Shown here piece by piece: positions 39,712-49,835 of a stretch of DNA of 64,000 nt. The stretch's first letter is position 1. Every line of letters starts with the position of its first letter. Made by a program: the position numbers and the translations under genes. The stretch is from IMG/VR virus record IMGVR_UViG_3300021478_000027. The stretch is one strand, 5' to 3'. This DNA comes from an uncultured virus (IMG/VR IMGVR_UViG_3300021478_000027). Its lineage: Duplodnaviria; Heunggongvirae; Uroviricota; Caudoviricetes. The notes beneath the pieces are model-generated. The model was not told the DNA's origin. It did not search any database and saw only the letters and a list, made by a program, of their open reading frames with translations.

Positions 39712-40961
39712 TGAGCGATTGCCTTATCCACAGCACTGCCGATCGGCACGAGACCCTTTGCAAGATTGCCGATTGCCGCACTGAAATCGCTCTGCTGCTT
39801 CAACTGCGCGTTGAGCAACGTTTCGAGTTCTTGCTGCGAAATATGCGTCCAGTCCAGCCCCTGCGAGGCAAGCTGCGCGCCGATCAGCGCAATCTGACCA
39901 GCGGTCGCCCGATCAGCCTGCTCCAACTGCTGATGTTCAGCCGTGGAACCTGTGTAGCCAAGCTGGGCAAAATTCGACCGAATCCCAGCCTTGTCCGCCG
40001 CGTTCTTCGCATCAACAACTTGTTGCATTCCCGGCGGCAAGGTGCCGCTGAGTTGATACGCGCTCAGCGTTTTGCCCATCGATGCGGCTTGCTCTTGCGC
40101 GTTCTGCAACTGCGCCTGACCCGGCACTTGGCTCGGTTTGCCGAACATCGACAGCAAGGCCGGTGCGGCGCTCAGCAGCAATCCGGGGTTCTTCTTGGCG
40201 AAGTCGATGATTTTAGAACCAATATCTGCTGGAGCAGTCGCTTTAGCCGCCGTGGTCGCAGCATTGGTCGTGCCGACGCCGGGCTGAGCCGTCGCCGCAG
40301 TAGCTGGAGTACTGACCCCACCGCTCGGCGCCATCGCAACCTGCGTCGCGTCCGCCGCGGGCACCCCGCCGCCTGTCGCCGAAGCCAGTGGCGTTGCGGA
40401 TGTCGCCGGCATCGTCGTTGGCGCGGATACGCCAAAGCTCGCTGCACTTGGCCCAGATGGCGCGGCGATGGGCGCGCTCGTAACTGGCGCTGCACCCGCT
40501 GCCCCAATTTCGGGTAGCGACCCAGGTTGCATCTGATCGCCAAATGTGCTGGTCGGCGAGCCAACAACGCTAGGCGAGCCGCCAAACAGACTAGTTGCTG
40601 ATCCCGCCAGTTCGGAAGCGCCAAGGCCGGCACCAAGCGCCGCCGCCGCACCACCCGCCGCCGCCTCCCCACCAATGCCCGCACCTACAGCCGGGGCAAT
40701 CACGGAAACTTCCGGCAGGGCTATGCTCGCGCCAATGCCTCCTGCGAGTTCGGGGGCTAAAGCCGCCGCCGCAACCGGCGCTGCCGCTGCCGCGCCAACA
40801 TCAGCGGCACCTAATCCGCCGGCCAACAACGCGCCCGATATAGGGTCGTGGAATACTCCACGCACCCGCTCCGGCCTAACGACATAACCAAACGCCGCCG
40901 CCGCAAGAAGCGCTATGTCGAACCATGCAAAGTCGATCATGACCGCCGCTCCAATCGGCAC
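39708..40961 (-). CDS. Putative internal virion/pilot protein
   Basis: Ala/Gly-rich hydrophobic N-half and Gln-rich C-half. Confidence 0.55.
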   Translation of the reverse strand: MPIGAAVMIDFAWFDIALLAAAAFGYVVRPERVRGVFHDPISGALLAGGLGAADVGAAAAAPVAAAALAPELAGGIGASIALPEVSVIAPAVGAGIGGEAAAGGAAAALGAGLGASELAGSATSLFGGSPSVVGSPTSTFGDQMQPGSLPEIGAAGAAPVTSAPIAAPSGPSAASFGVSAPTTMPATSATPLASATGGGVPAADATQVAMAPSGGVSTPATAATAQPGVGTTNAATTAAKATAPADIGSKIIDFAKKNPGLLLSAAPALLSMFGKPSQVPGQAQLQNAQEQAASMGKTLSAYQLSGTLPPGMQQVVDAKNAADKAGIRSNFAQLGYTGSTAEHQQLEQADRATAGQIALIGAQLASQGLDWTHISQQELETLLNAQLKQQSDFSAAIGNLAKGLVPIGSAVDKAIAQ

Positions 40962-41392
40962 ACATCGCGCCCTAGCAGATGTTGCATCTTACCAGTTCGG
41001 TGGAATCCTAGCCATTCCAGCCAGCGAATGGACTTTGCCTCTTCCACAGCGACATCAACGAACAAATCGCCATAGACATCGGACCAGCGTTTGATCTGCG
41101 CGTGGCTTTGCTGCAAAAACAGTTTTTTATGCCGCTCCACGCGCTCGGTAGACGCGATCATCCAGCAAAAGCCGCCAACCGGCGTACGAGCCACCCCGCC
41201 CATCGCGATAGGGTCGCCATCGGCAAAGTAGGTAAAGCTCTCCGTCGAGTTATCCAGCGATGAACAGAGCATGTCGGCTGGCGAGGCATTCAGTTGCTCG
41301 GAGAGCGAAACCATCTCCTTCCGCCGCGCAGAAGACATCTGCGCCAGCAGCGGTTCGATGTGTTCATACTCGCCTGGCAACCGCGTCATCAT
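40937..41392 (-). CDS. GNAT-like protein (T7 gp13/DUF2833-like)
   Basis: PIAMGGV...CWMIAS...SIRWLEWLGF. Confidence 0.7.
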   Translation of the reverse strand: MMTRLPGEYEHIEPLLAQMSSARRKEMVSLSEQLNASPADMLCSSLDNSTESFTYFADGDPIAMGGVARTPVGGFCWMIASTERVERHKKLFLQQSHAQIKRWSDVYGDLFVDVAVEEAKSIRWLEWLGFHRTGKMQHLLGRDVCRLERRS

Positions 41393-42300
41393 TTTGTAAT
41401 GACCCAATCCACCCAATCACCGTTCAGTTCACCCGAGAGTTGCGACAGGGCACAGTCGCAGGACCACCCGCTGAGGATAAAGACGACCTTCTTGGTCCGC
41501 GCCCAATCGCGGCAAAATCGATACAGGTCCATGAGGTTCTGCGATCCTTCCCCTCGGATTTCGACGCCCATCCGCCGCTCACCAATCGGCTTCGCATGCC
41601 GCGACCAGCCAAACCGCTCGATCACAATCGACCGCCTCGATACCGGATCGATCTGCGTCATAGCCAGCAGCACGGCATCGACATTCTTGATGAACAGAAA
41701 GTCGTTGCTTGAGGACCACGTTGAGATCTGCCCCTTCATCGTCGGCGCGGTATAGAGACCCGGCCAATAGAAATTGCAGCGGTCCAGCAGCCACTCGCCC
41801 CACTCGTTCCAATCTTGCAACGTCATCCGGCTAATTTCCGCCGGCACCCGCGTAGAACGCACCGGAGCCGGTGCGTTAATTGGAAATTCCTGGGGGGTGG
41901 GCCTGTTTAGCGGCGGGCGACCCCGTGGGCGTGGGAGTACCTGTGGTTCCATCAGTTCAACCCCAAAATCTGAGCGGCCTGCTGGTGCATGTCAAAATGC
42001 AGGCGGACCCACGCATCTAGCTGGTCCTTGTTGCGGAAATCAACAGAGGATAGGTCGAAGTTTTCAATGTTCAGCACGCTCGCGAAGTCGTTGTGCGCTT
42101 GCTGATGGAGTTGCAGCCACCCCGTCACATTACTCACCGGGAACGGGTCCAGCGGATACAGGGTCAATTGCTGGTTAAATTTAACAAACGATTGCTGAAC
42201 AATTGCGAGATGCTGCGCTTGATTGCTGAACGACCACTCGAACACGGAGGGCAGGTTCCCCATGTCGGGCGTGTTGAGCAGTGTCGCCAGAGACATCGCA

Positions 42301-43317
42301 TTACCCCGAAAAATAGACCATCAGCCCAGCCAACCCGGTGTTGTTGGCGAGGTTCGTATCGGCAATAGCGGTCGTTGTCGCCGACCCGGCAATGAGGCAC
42401 GATCCCGTTGAACTGCTCGCCGGAATGTTGATCCACGGCACCGTCGTGATGCTCGTGAAGTTGGAATAAGAGCTGATCAACCCGATACCAATTCGGTTCG
42501 AGGCGCCGCTGGCGACCGGCAGGCTGATGGTCAGAACCCCCGTGGAGGATCCCTTGGCCGACAGCACAAGATTGAAGGACGCCACGACGAGATAGCCAAT
42601 CGTGAAATACTGCCCGCCCTGCGTGGCAAAGGTCATGCCCGTGGCGGCACCGCCCAGTGCCAGTGCCGGAGTCCACGCCTGCTCCGTGGACGAAACCCAA
42701 GTGCTAGCGCCCCGGTTAAGGACGGCACCCTGCGTGGAGCTGATGATCGTGTCGAGAATGCTTGTCAAGGAAAGCGGTATAGGTATGGCCGACCCGCCCG
42801 TAATGTTGCCCAGCAACCTGTTCTGTGCGATCGACGCCAGCGTTAGCGTACCGGTCGTGGTGATTGTTCCACCCGCCAACCCTGTCCCAGTGGCCACACT
42901 GGTCACGGTGCCGGCGGAAATCGATGAGGCGCTGCCGAGATGATATCCGCCCGAGCCAGTGTTCAGCGTCGGGTCATAGGTCAGAGTAAATGCGTTGTTT
43001 AGGACGATCTCGCCGCCGGTCAGCGCGACCGGTCCCGCCGCCGTGTCATTGTAGACCGGCAATGCCGCCGTCCCCGCAACAGCTGCCGTAACCGCACCCG
43101 AGTTTGACGCTGCCGCAATAGCGCTCACCCGGATCAGCGGCTGAAGAGCAAACGGCGGTGTCCCTGCTGTCGGCGTCGTATAAGGCGTCATCACCAGCGT
43201 ATTGGTGCCCGAGACCGTGCAGGGGATCGTGCCAAGCGAACCGGCAGCATTGAAATTGTCGTCAAGCCAACCGCTGACCCACTGGTTCAGGCTGCCGAAT
43301 TGATGCGCATAAGCCAT
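42301..43317 (-). CDS. Tail fibre/collar-like protein
   Basis: WLDDNFNA; GTVTSVATGTGLAGGTITTTGTL repeat; WTPAL..G C-terminal domain. Confidence 0.6.
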   Translation of the reverse strand: MAYAHQFGSLNQWVSGWLDDNFNAAGSLGTIPCTVSGTNTLVMTPYTTPTAGTPPFALQPLIRVSAIAAASNSGAVTAAVAGTAALPVYNDTAAGPVALTGGEIVLNNAFTLTYDPTLNTGSGGYHLGSASSISAGTVTSVATGTGLAGGTITTTGTLTLASIAQNRLLGNITGGSAIPIPLSLTSILDTIISSTQGAVLNRGASTWVSSTEQAWTPALALGGAATGMTFATQGGQYFTIGYLVVASFNLVLSAKGSSTGVLTISLPVASGASNRIGIGLISSYSNFTSITTVPWINIPASSSTGSCLIAGSATTTAIADTNLANNTGLAGLMVYFSG

Positions 43318-43324
43318 TTAGTAC

Positions 43325-45694
43325 CTACACGTTCGAGGCATAGTTTTGCTCGGACAGCATGACCGACATCATCGTCAAATCCGAGGCATTTGTCTGGATT
43401 GTAAACCCGGTCAACCTCCCGCTCTGCCCTACTGGATATGGACCAAATACCGTAAGCCCGGGCCCGCCAAAGAACCCCGGCTGTGCCGAATTGTTGACCC
43501 ACGAACCCGACGTGCCGCCGTTATTTGTCCACGTCCCATTGGGCGACGGCACCACGCTCACAACCGCATTGCCGGTCCCGTCTGCAAATTCATTGTCGAT
43601 AGTGATAGTGATCGGCTCGTCCAATGTAAAACTCTGGGCCATACCGCTAAGCGAACGACTGGTCTTGGTCATAAAATAGCCGGGATCAGAGAACAATTTC
43701 GACTGCGCAACCTTTGTAAATGCCGTTGACGGCCCTGCAAACAGTTCAAATATGTTTGTCCCGTCTGTTCCCCAAGCCGTCAGAACGGAATTAAGATCAC
43801 GGGTTGCAATATAGGCAAGGTTGCGTTCTTGCTGTGTCGTAAACAGCCGCCGACCATCCCACATCAACAGCTTGTTGACGAGCACCCCCGTGAACGTATC
43901 GATCACAGGAAGCAGGAGCATATAAACGGGGATGTTGAAGATCGACGCTACCGCCGAAGAGAAGTCCGCCGTCTGCCCAAAGATCGGTCCCGACGCATAG
44001 AACCCGTCGAGTGGGGTGCTAATTTTCTCGACCGCACCGCCGTTTGACACAAAAATACCGATCGTGTTTGCCATTACAATCTGGCGACTGAATACCTGCA
44101 CACTCGACTGCCACGGTGAGCCAAACTGTGGGTCCACGTTTTGGTTGGAAAACGTGGTGATCGGCGTCGCCACCGTCGTCGAGCTGCTGGACGATGCAGT
44201 CTGTACGTTCGACAGGTAGTTCATGCTGCTGTCGGCAATGAGATAAAGAAACCCGTTAGCCTGTTTGAGGCTGTGTATGCCAACGCGGATGAACGAATCA
44301 AACTGCTGAAACCCACCGCCACCATCACCAAAGTCAACCGGGCTTTGCGGTGCGCTATACAGCACGCGGTTCTTTGGCGGGGTATCCGATGTGGCAGCAC
44401 CATTAGCCACCCACACCCGCTGCTGATACGTCTCGACAGTCGTGCCGGATACCCCGAACGGCATGAGCTGCACCGTTATATTGGCCGCATTGTTGCCGCC
44501 CGTAAACGACGCCACGGCTCGCGTGTACCCATGCCCCATGTTCTGCATCAGAACGTTGGTTACCGATCCGCCCGCTATCTGAGCGATGGCAATCGCCCCC
44601 GTACCATCGCCGTCAATCTTTACAATCGGGACCGAAACGTACCCGCTACCACCATCGTGAATGGTGATGCCCGTGATTTGCCCGAAATTAACATTGCAGA
44701 ACCCCGAGAACCCGGTGCCGCCCGGTATAGCCGGCGTACCGGGAATGCCCGGATCACCTACCACGATCGTCGGCGGTGACGTATAGCCTTGGCCGGCATT
44801 GATGATCGCCACTGCCGTGATTGACCCATTCTGAATGGCGAGACTAGCCGAGGCCCCGGAGCCACCGCCGCCGGTAAAAATGGCGAAAGCACGACCCGTA
44901 TAGCCTGTTCCCGGATTGTTGATAATGACTTGGGAGACCCCGCCCTGAGTCTGCTGCGGCGCCTGATTGATCGGGTCCGCTATCGCCTGATTGTCGCTGC
45001 CGCCGCCTTGAACCGTGACCGCCACAATCGAATCAACGGTAAATCCCGACCCCGGATTGGTGACAAGAACCTGTTGAACCGAACCATTTTCAAGGATCGC
45101 CGTGAAGGCGCCAGTCGAGACAAAGCCTGTGTCCGCCTGAACAGTGAAGGTTGGATTTGACGTATAGTTACTGCCCCCATTATCGACAGAGACCAGAGGG
45201 CCGAAACTTCCTGCCGTAAACAGATTGGTGCCGTCCCACAACCAGTAGCCATTCTCCTGCGCCGCGGCGAGAATCAGGTACTGGCTGCCCCATTGGCTAA
45301 AACCTATCGTGGTCGAGGGATTCAGAATGGTCCCCGCGTTTCCTATCGTCGTTTGCATCCCGGTGTTCGCATCCACTTGCGTCAGCGAACCATTGGTCGT
45401 CAGAACCACGATGTACTGCGTGTCGAAGATGTTAAAGAACTGAAACCAGACAACCACGCCCGCCGCGAATGAGGTCAGATTGCCCCCGGTCCCCGGCAAT
45501 GTCCGCATGTTGCTTGGGCCGAATGGGATAAAACCGTCCATCCAAAACGCTTCACCGCGAGCAATCGCGGGCCGCGGCGGCTTTGTATTGAGCGTGCTGA
45601 ACTCCTCCCACACAAGCGGGAAGAAACCTGACGGAAAGCCGGAATTGTCGCCCTGTTCGCCAGGGGAATTAAGTTTGCTGTCGCCGCCGGCCAT
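43325..45694 (-). CDS. Tail nozzle (tail tubular protein B-like)
   Basis: 789 aa, beta-rich, YQQRVWVA...RVLYS; follows the adaptor genes. Confidence 0.65.
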   Translation of the reverse strand: MAGGDSKLNSPGEQGDNSGFPSGFFPLVWEEFSTLNTKPPRPAIARGEAFWMDGFIPFGPSNMRTLPGTGGNLTSFAAGVVVWFQFFNIFDTQYIVVLTTNGSLTQVDANTGMQTTIGNAGTILNPSTTIGFSQWGSQYLILAAAQENGYWLWDGTNLFTAGSFGPLVSVDNGGSNYTSNPTFTVQADTGFVSTGAFTAILENGSVQQVLVTNPGSGFTVDSIVAVTVQGGGSDNQAIADPINQAPQQTQGGVSQVIINNPGTGYTGRAFAIFTGGGGSGASASLAIQNGSITAVAIINAGQGYTSPPTIVVGDPGIPGTPAIPGGTGFSGFCNVNFGQITGITIHDGGSGYVSVPIVKIDGDGTGAIAIAQIAGGSVTNVLMQNMGHGYTRAVASFTGGNNAANITVQLMPFGVSGTTVETYQQRVWVANGAATSDTPPKNRVLYSAPQSPVDFGDGGGGFQQFDSFIRVGIHSLKQANGFLYLIADSSMNYLSNVQTASSSSSTTVATPITTFSNQNVDPQFGSPWQSSVQVFSRQIVMANTIGIFVSNGGAVEKISTPLDGFYASGPIFGQTADFSSAVASIFNIPVYMLLLPVIDTFTGVLVNKLLMWDGRRLFTTQQERNLAYIATRDLNSVLTAWGTDGTNIFELFAGPSTAFTKVAQSKLFSDPGYFMTKTSRSLSGMAQSFTLDEPITITIDNEFADGTGNAVVSVVPSPNGTWTNNGGTSGSWVNNSAQPGFFGGPGLTVFGPYPVGQSGRLTGFTIQTNASDLTMMSVMLSEQNYASNV

Positions 45695-46617
45695 TAGTAA
45701 CGGCCGTACGGGTTGATCATCCTGCCAGGACGTGCATACCCGCTGTAGCGATGGACCATATTATCGTAAAGGTCCAAGTAAAACTTGGCAGCGTTAAGGT
45801 TCTGGAGTTCGAGATAGCACATGTGCGCAGCGTAAAACGGTACCGTCTCAGTCCAAGGTCCAGGGATAGCCTCGTCGTCCTGATCGGTTACTAAGTCAGC
45901 AGGCAAGCAGAACGTATCCCATTCCATCTGATAGACAGTAGAGGGGATCGGGTACATATAGAGCGAGCCACCTTCGCCTTGCCCATACTGCGAGAAAATG
46001 GTGCTGACGTACAGGTATTGTTGCGGATACTGGCGTATCATCGCCTGATACGTCGTGAACGGATAACACGGAAGCGAGTAACGATAGTTGGCGAAAATGA
46101 AACTGACGCCGTGAACCGCGAAGATACCCTTGACCCCAGCGAACTGGCTCAACGGCACGTCCCTAAAGTTATAAATCTCCTGCTGCTGCGACGTGACGTT
46201 GATCGGGTTGGTACTCGCGACCGCTGTCGCCCCATGCCCAGTAGGGTCGGTAATCGTGACCTCGGGCTGGAAGTAGCCATCACCGCCATAAGAGACGCTG
46301 ATATTGCTGATCTGCCCGCCGATCTGCTGCGCTAAGGCGGTGGCCTGCTGGCCGCGCGGGTTCGGCAATGCACCGCTAGGGAAGTCCGGCGGGGTGATCG
46401 TCACGGTGGGGTTCGTGTAGCCGGTGCCAGGCGTCAACACTTGGATCGTAACGATCGACCCGGAGACGGGCGTCAGGATGCGGATGCACTGCGTCCGCAT
46501 CGCCACCTCACGGCGGGCGCGGTTGATGTAGCTGTCGATATCCCCGATATCGATAAATTTCTGCTTGGTGTCGCGAATAAAGCGTTGCACCTGTTTCCTG
46601 TATTCGTTCAGCATCAC
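45694..46617 (-). CDS. Head-tail adaptor-like protein, paralog 3
   Basis: YINRARREVA...QCIR; LYMYPIPS; EAIPGPWTETVPFYAA. Confidence 0.6.
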   Translation of the reverse strand: MMLNEYRKQVQRFIRDTKQKFIDIGDIDSYINRARREVAMRTQCIRILTPVSGSIVTIQVLTPGTGYTNPTVTITPPDFPSGALPNPRGQQATALAQQIGGQISNISVSYGGDGYFQPEVTITDPTGHGATAVASTNPINVTSQQQEIYNFRDVPLSQFAGVKGIFAVHGVSFIFANYRYSLPCYPFTTYQAMIRQYPQQYLYVSTIFSQYGQGEGGSLYMYPIPSTVYQMEWDTFCLPADLVTDQDDEAIPGPWTETVPFYAAHMCYLELQNLNAAKFYLDLYDNMVHRYSGYARPGRMINPYGRY

Positions 46618-47321
46618 GCATTCTCGCGGGGCGGAGTGATGCCGAGTCGGTTAGCTAGGAACGGATCTGGCGACTGCTGATAAATAAACGGCTCAACCGA
46701 TGGGGTTGCGCCGCCACGTGCCTTCTGCACGAACATCCCGTACAGCTTCATCATCTCCGCCGCGGCCTGCGTATTTTGTGCGGTCAGCAACGCGAAATAG
46801 GCCGCGTAGTACGGCACCGCATCGGTCCAAAGATAGGGCAGTGCTTCTGACGTATTATCGTCAATTAATGGGGAGGGGAAACAGACTGTATCGAGCGACA
46901 ACGTGTAGGGGCCATCCGGCAAATTAATCCAGAGTGTGCCGAGCGCACCTTGCCCGAATTGAGCAAAAACCTCGGGTGCCTTCGCTACCTGTTGATTACA
47001 GACATAGTAGACAAAGAACCACTCCCACGGGCGAGGCCGTACAAGAACAGCACCATTACCGAGCGCATAGTTAGCCATCCGAACATTCAAGACCCCCTGC
47101 ACGCCCTGCACGCCAGCAGGGAATGTGATGGAAGAAAACGGATACTCCTGCGTCGGGGCATTGACCGCCAACGTCGCGTAAACACGGATGCACTCGGCTT
47201 CGCCCGCAATCTGCCCCCGCGCCGTGTTGACGTAGGTCACGAGGTCGGCAAGGTTGTATTTCGCCTCTCCGACATCATTGAGCAGCAGCTGGGTCTGTTG
47301 GAGATAACTGTTCAGCATCAC
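46614..47321 (-). CDS. Head-tail adaptor-like protein, paralog 2
   Basis: YVNTARGQIAGEAECIR; EALPYLWTDAVPYYAA. Confidence 0.6.
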   Translation of the reverse strand: MMLNSYLQQTQLLLNDVGEAKYNLADLVTYVNTARGQIAGEAECIRVYATLAVNAPTQEYPFSSITFPAGVQGVQGVLNVRMANYALGNGAVLVRPRPWEWFFVYYVCNQQVAKAPEVFAQFGQGALGTLWINLPDGPYTLSLDTVCFPSPLIDDNTSEALPYLWTDAVPYYAAYFALLTAQNTQAAAEMMKLYGMFVQKARGGATPSVEPFIYQQSPDPFLANRLGITPPRENA

Positions 47322-48034
47322 CGACCCGCCTGCGCCTGGGCTTGCGGCGCTTCAGTCAACGACGTTTTCCCGGCCGCGTCTTTCGTTCCCATGTCGCCCG
47401 GAAGGTTACCCGGCAGCACGCTCGGCGACGACATCTGACGGGCGCGACGCATCAAGGCCGAATAGCGCGCCAGCATCTTGTCCGCGTCGCCCTGCCGCTG
47501 CATGTTCTGCATGCCCAACCACGCCGCGTAGAACGGCACAGCATCGGTCCAGGGATAGGGGATCGCCTCTACTGTCGTGTCATCGATCAGCGCGATCGGC
47601 GTGGCAACAACATCCAAAAGGGCGGCGGTATTGACGTTTGGCGTCGGATAAAACCACAGGTTACCTGCCTCGCCCTGGCCCAATTGCGCCATTGCCGTTG
47701 GCTGCCCCGTTACCGCCGAATTGAGGAGGTAGTAGTTGAAGTACCAAACCCAATTACGAATAGCCAAACGACTCGTACCAACGGCACCCATCCGAACCGA
47801 AATCACCGCGTTCGCCCCAGAAACCGCAGTCAACGAAATAGCGGAAAAGGGATACACAAAGGTGCCCGCCACGATCGGCAGCGTCGCCGACACGCGGATG
47901 CACTCGCCCTCGCCCGCAACCTGGTTGCGCGCCACGTTGATGTAAACGGTGGCGTTCGCAGACGAGATGAGCGGGATCGGCGAGTTCGGCGCCTGGATCA
48001 GCTCATTGAACTGCGTGAGATACGCTGCAAGCAA
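47318..48034 (-). CDS. Head-tail adaptor-like protein, paralog 1
   Basis: YINVARNQVAGEGECIR; LWFYPTP; EAIPYPWTDAVPFYAA. Confidence 0.6.
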   Translation of the reverse strand: MLAAYLTQFNELIQAPNSPIPLISSANATVYINVARNQVAGEGECIRVSATLPIVAGTFVYPFSAISLTAVSGANAVISVRMGAVGTSRLAIRNWVWYFNYYLLNSAVTGQPTAMAQLGQGEAGNLWFYPTPNVNTAALLDVVATPIALIDDTTVEAIPYPWTDAVPFYAAWLGMQNMQRQGDADKMLARYSALMRRARQMSSPSVLPGNLPGDMGTKDAAGKTSLTEAPQAQAQAGR

Positions 48035-48052
48035 CCGACCCTCCCATGAGGG

Positions 48053-49174
48053 TTACGTCGGCTGGATGTAGACAGTCGTATTCACGCCCCCCATCGTCGG
48101 CACGATCGACGCCAGCGTGGTACCCCCAAGCACCATGACTGTCGGTGTACCGAAGAACAGCCCACTATCCACCGGAACGATCGAGGTGATCGTCGTGCCC
48201 GTCAAGGTCGCAGTACCCTGCGCCGCCCGTGGAATAGGCGCCGTCAACTCACCCAGCGGATTGCGCCATGTCGCCGTCGCCGTGGGAATGCCGCCGAACG
48301 ATTGAACACCATTCTGACCAGCGGCAAAACCAGCGCCAATCGCCGCGATCGACGTACTCGCGATGGAAAACACCGGGACGACCGTAGCGACAGCGCCAGA
48401 CCCCGCGCCCGTGATCGCCAACGACGGCATCGTCGCAACTGCGGTGCCGCTATTGATGCAGATAACACCGCTCAGAAGTCCCGCGCCCGTCAGCGCAAGC
48501 GACGTAACTGAGCTGTACGTGACCGACCCGGCAATAAAGTTCGGGTCATACGGACTCGGAAGCATCAGCAATGGCGGCGCGCTCGGATATCCCGCACCTT
48601 GATTGACCATCGTGATCGTGCTGACTGAGTTGCTTGAGATCGACGCGACCGCAGTCGCGGCATAACCCGGAGGCGGCGGCGACGGGATAAAGCACAGCGG
48701 CGCTATCGTATAACCACCGCCGGCTACAATCGATGTCACGCTAGCGACAGTCGTATTGACGAGACCGCCAACGATTGCGTTCCAGGTCGATCCCCCGGTT
48801 GACGGCGTGACGCTGGTCGTCGCCTCCACATAAGTAGCCGTACCAGAATTGGTAACGATCGCGGCGACCGGGCACCCCGTCATATTCGCGACACGGTAGT
48901 TGAAGCCATCGCTCGTCGCGCGGCGCGAACCGACCAAGCCGGTGTTAAACCCTTCCCAACTCAACGTGACCGGGTTGAACCACTGGAGAAAGCCATACGA
49001 CCCAGCGTTCACCATAGTGCCGCCGGTCGGATTCGCAGGAACAGGCAGCGCCTGTCCCGGAGACAAAGTAACGGCATTCGTCGCCGGCTGAAACGTGACG
49101 TTTGCCAGGTAGGACGGATACAGTGCCTGCGGCGGCGGGAGGTTCTGCCCAGGACCAGCCAACCCTTGTGCCAT
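48053..49174 (-). CDS. Virion structural protein (possible capsid decoration)
   Basis: Ser/Thr/Gly-rich with GxGYxxxP repeats; next - strand gene after the capsid gene. Confidence 0.5.
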   Translation of the reverse strand: MAQGLAGPGQNLPPPQALYPSYLANVTFQPATNAVTLSPGQALPVPANPTGGTMVNAGSYGFLQWFNPVTLSWEGFNTGLVGSRRATSDGFNYRVANMTGCPVAAIVTNSGTATYVEATTSVTPSTGGSTWNAIVGGLVNTTVASVTSIVAGGGYTIAPLCFIPSPPPPGYAATAVASISSNSVSTITMVNQGAGYPSAPPLLMLPSPYDPNFIAGSVTYSSVTSLALTGAGLLSGVICINSGTAVATMPSLAITGAGSGAVATVVPVFSIASTSIAAIGAGFAAGQNGVQSFGGIPTATATWRNPLGELTAPIPRAAQGTATLTGTTITSIVPVDSGLFFGTPTVMVLGGTTLASIVPTMGGVNTTVYIQPT

Positions 49175-49238
49175 TTATGTTGCTCCTTACGCAACGAGCA
49201 TGGTATTGTGGTGACGTGACATGGAGGTAATTACCCCA

Positions 49239-49835
49239 ATGCCAAAAGCTGCTAATTTGCCTGCTAAAGATTGCGCCGTTTGCGGAACGGAGTTCATCCC
49301 AGCGCACAGTCGATCCCGATACTGCTCAAAGCAGTGCCTATGGAAGTCGAAGAACGATAGATACCGTCTCGCAAACCCCGAGAAGTACCTAGCGCATTCT
49401 CGCGCCTCATATGCAAAGCACCGAGAAAAGCGGCGAGCATACATGCGAGAGAGATACGCAAAAGACCCAGAAGCGTGGTACAGCCGCAACGAGCTATATC
49501 GCTTGAATACTAGAAACGAACGTCCTTGGTACATGTTGCTGCGATACGCCGAGAAACGAGCCGAGAAAAAGTCCGTCCCGTTCGACTTAACGGACGAATG
49601 GGCCGTATCTGCCTGGACCGGTGCATGCGCGGTATCTGGATTGTCGTTCGTCACTGGGCACAAAGGCCATGGCCCGCGACCACGTACGCCAAGTATAGAC
49701 CGCATCGAACCATCACTTGGATATGTACAATCCAACTGTCGATTCGTCATCCATGCCGTCAATGCCCTGAAGGGCGACGGAACGGAAGAAGAAATGATGG
49801 AAGTGGTGCGATCCATATTACTTCGTCATTCCTAG
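49239..49835 (+). CDS. HNH-type endonuclease with N-terminal Zn finger
   Basis: CAVCG...YCSKQC; PSIDRIEPSLGYVQSNCRFV...N..K. Confidence 0.8.
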   Translation: MPKAANLPAKDCAVCGTEFIPAHSRSRYCSKQCLWKSKNDRYRLANPEKYLAHSRASYAKHREKRRAYMRERYAKDPEAWYSRNELYRLNTRNERPWYMLLRYAEKRAEKKSVPFDLTDEWAVSAWTGACAVSGLSFVTGHKGHGPRPRTPSIDRIEPSLGYVQSNCRFVIHAVNALKGDGTEEEMMEVVRSILLRHS

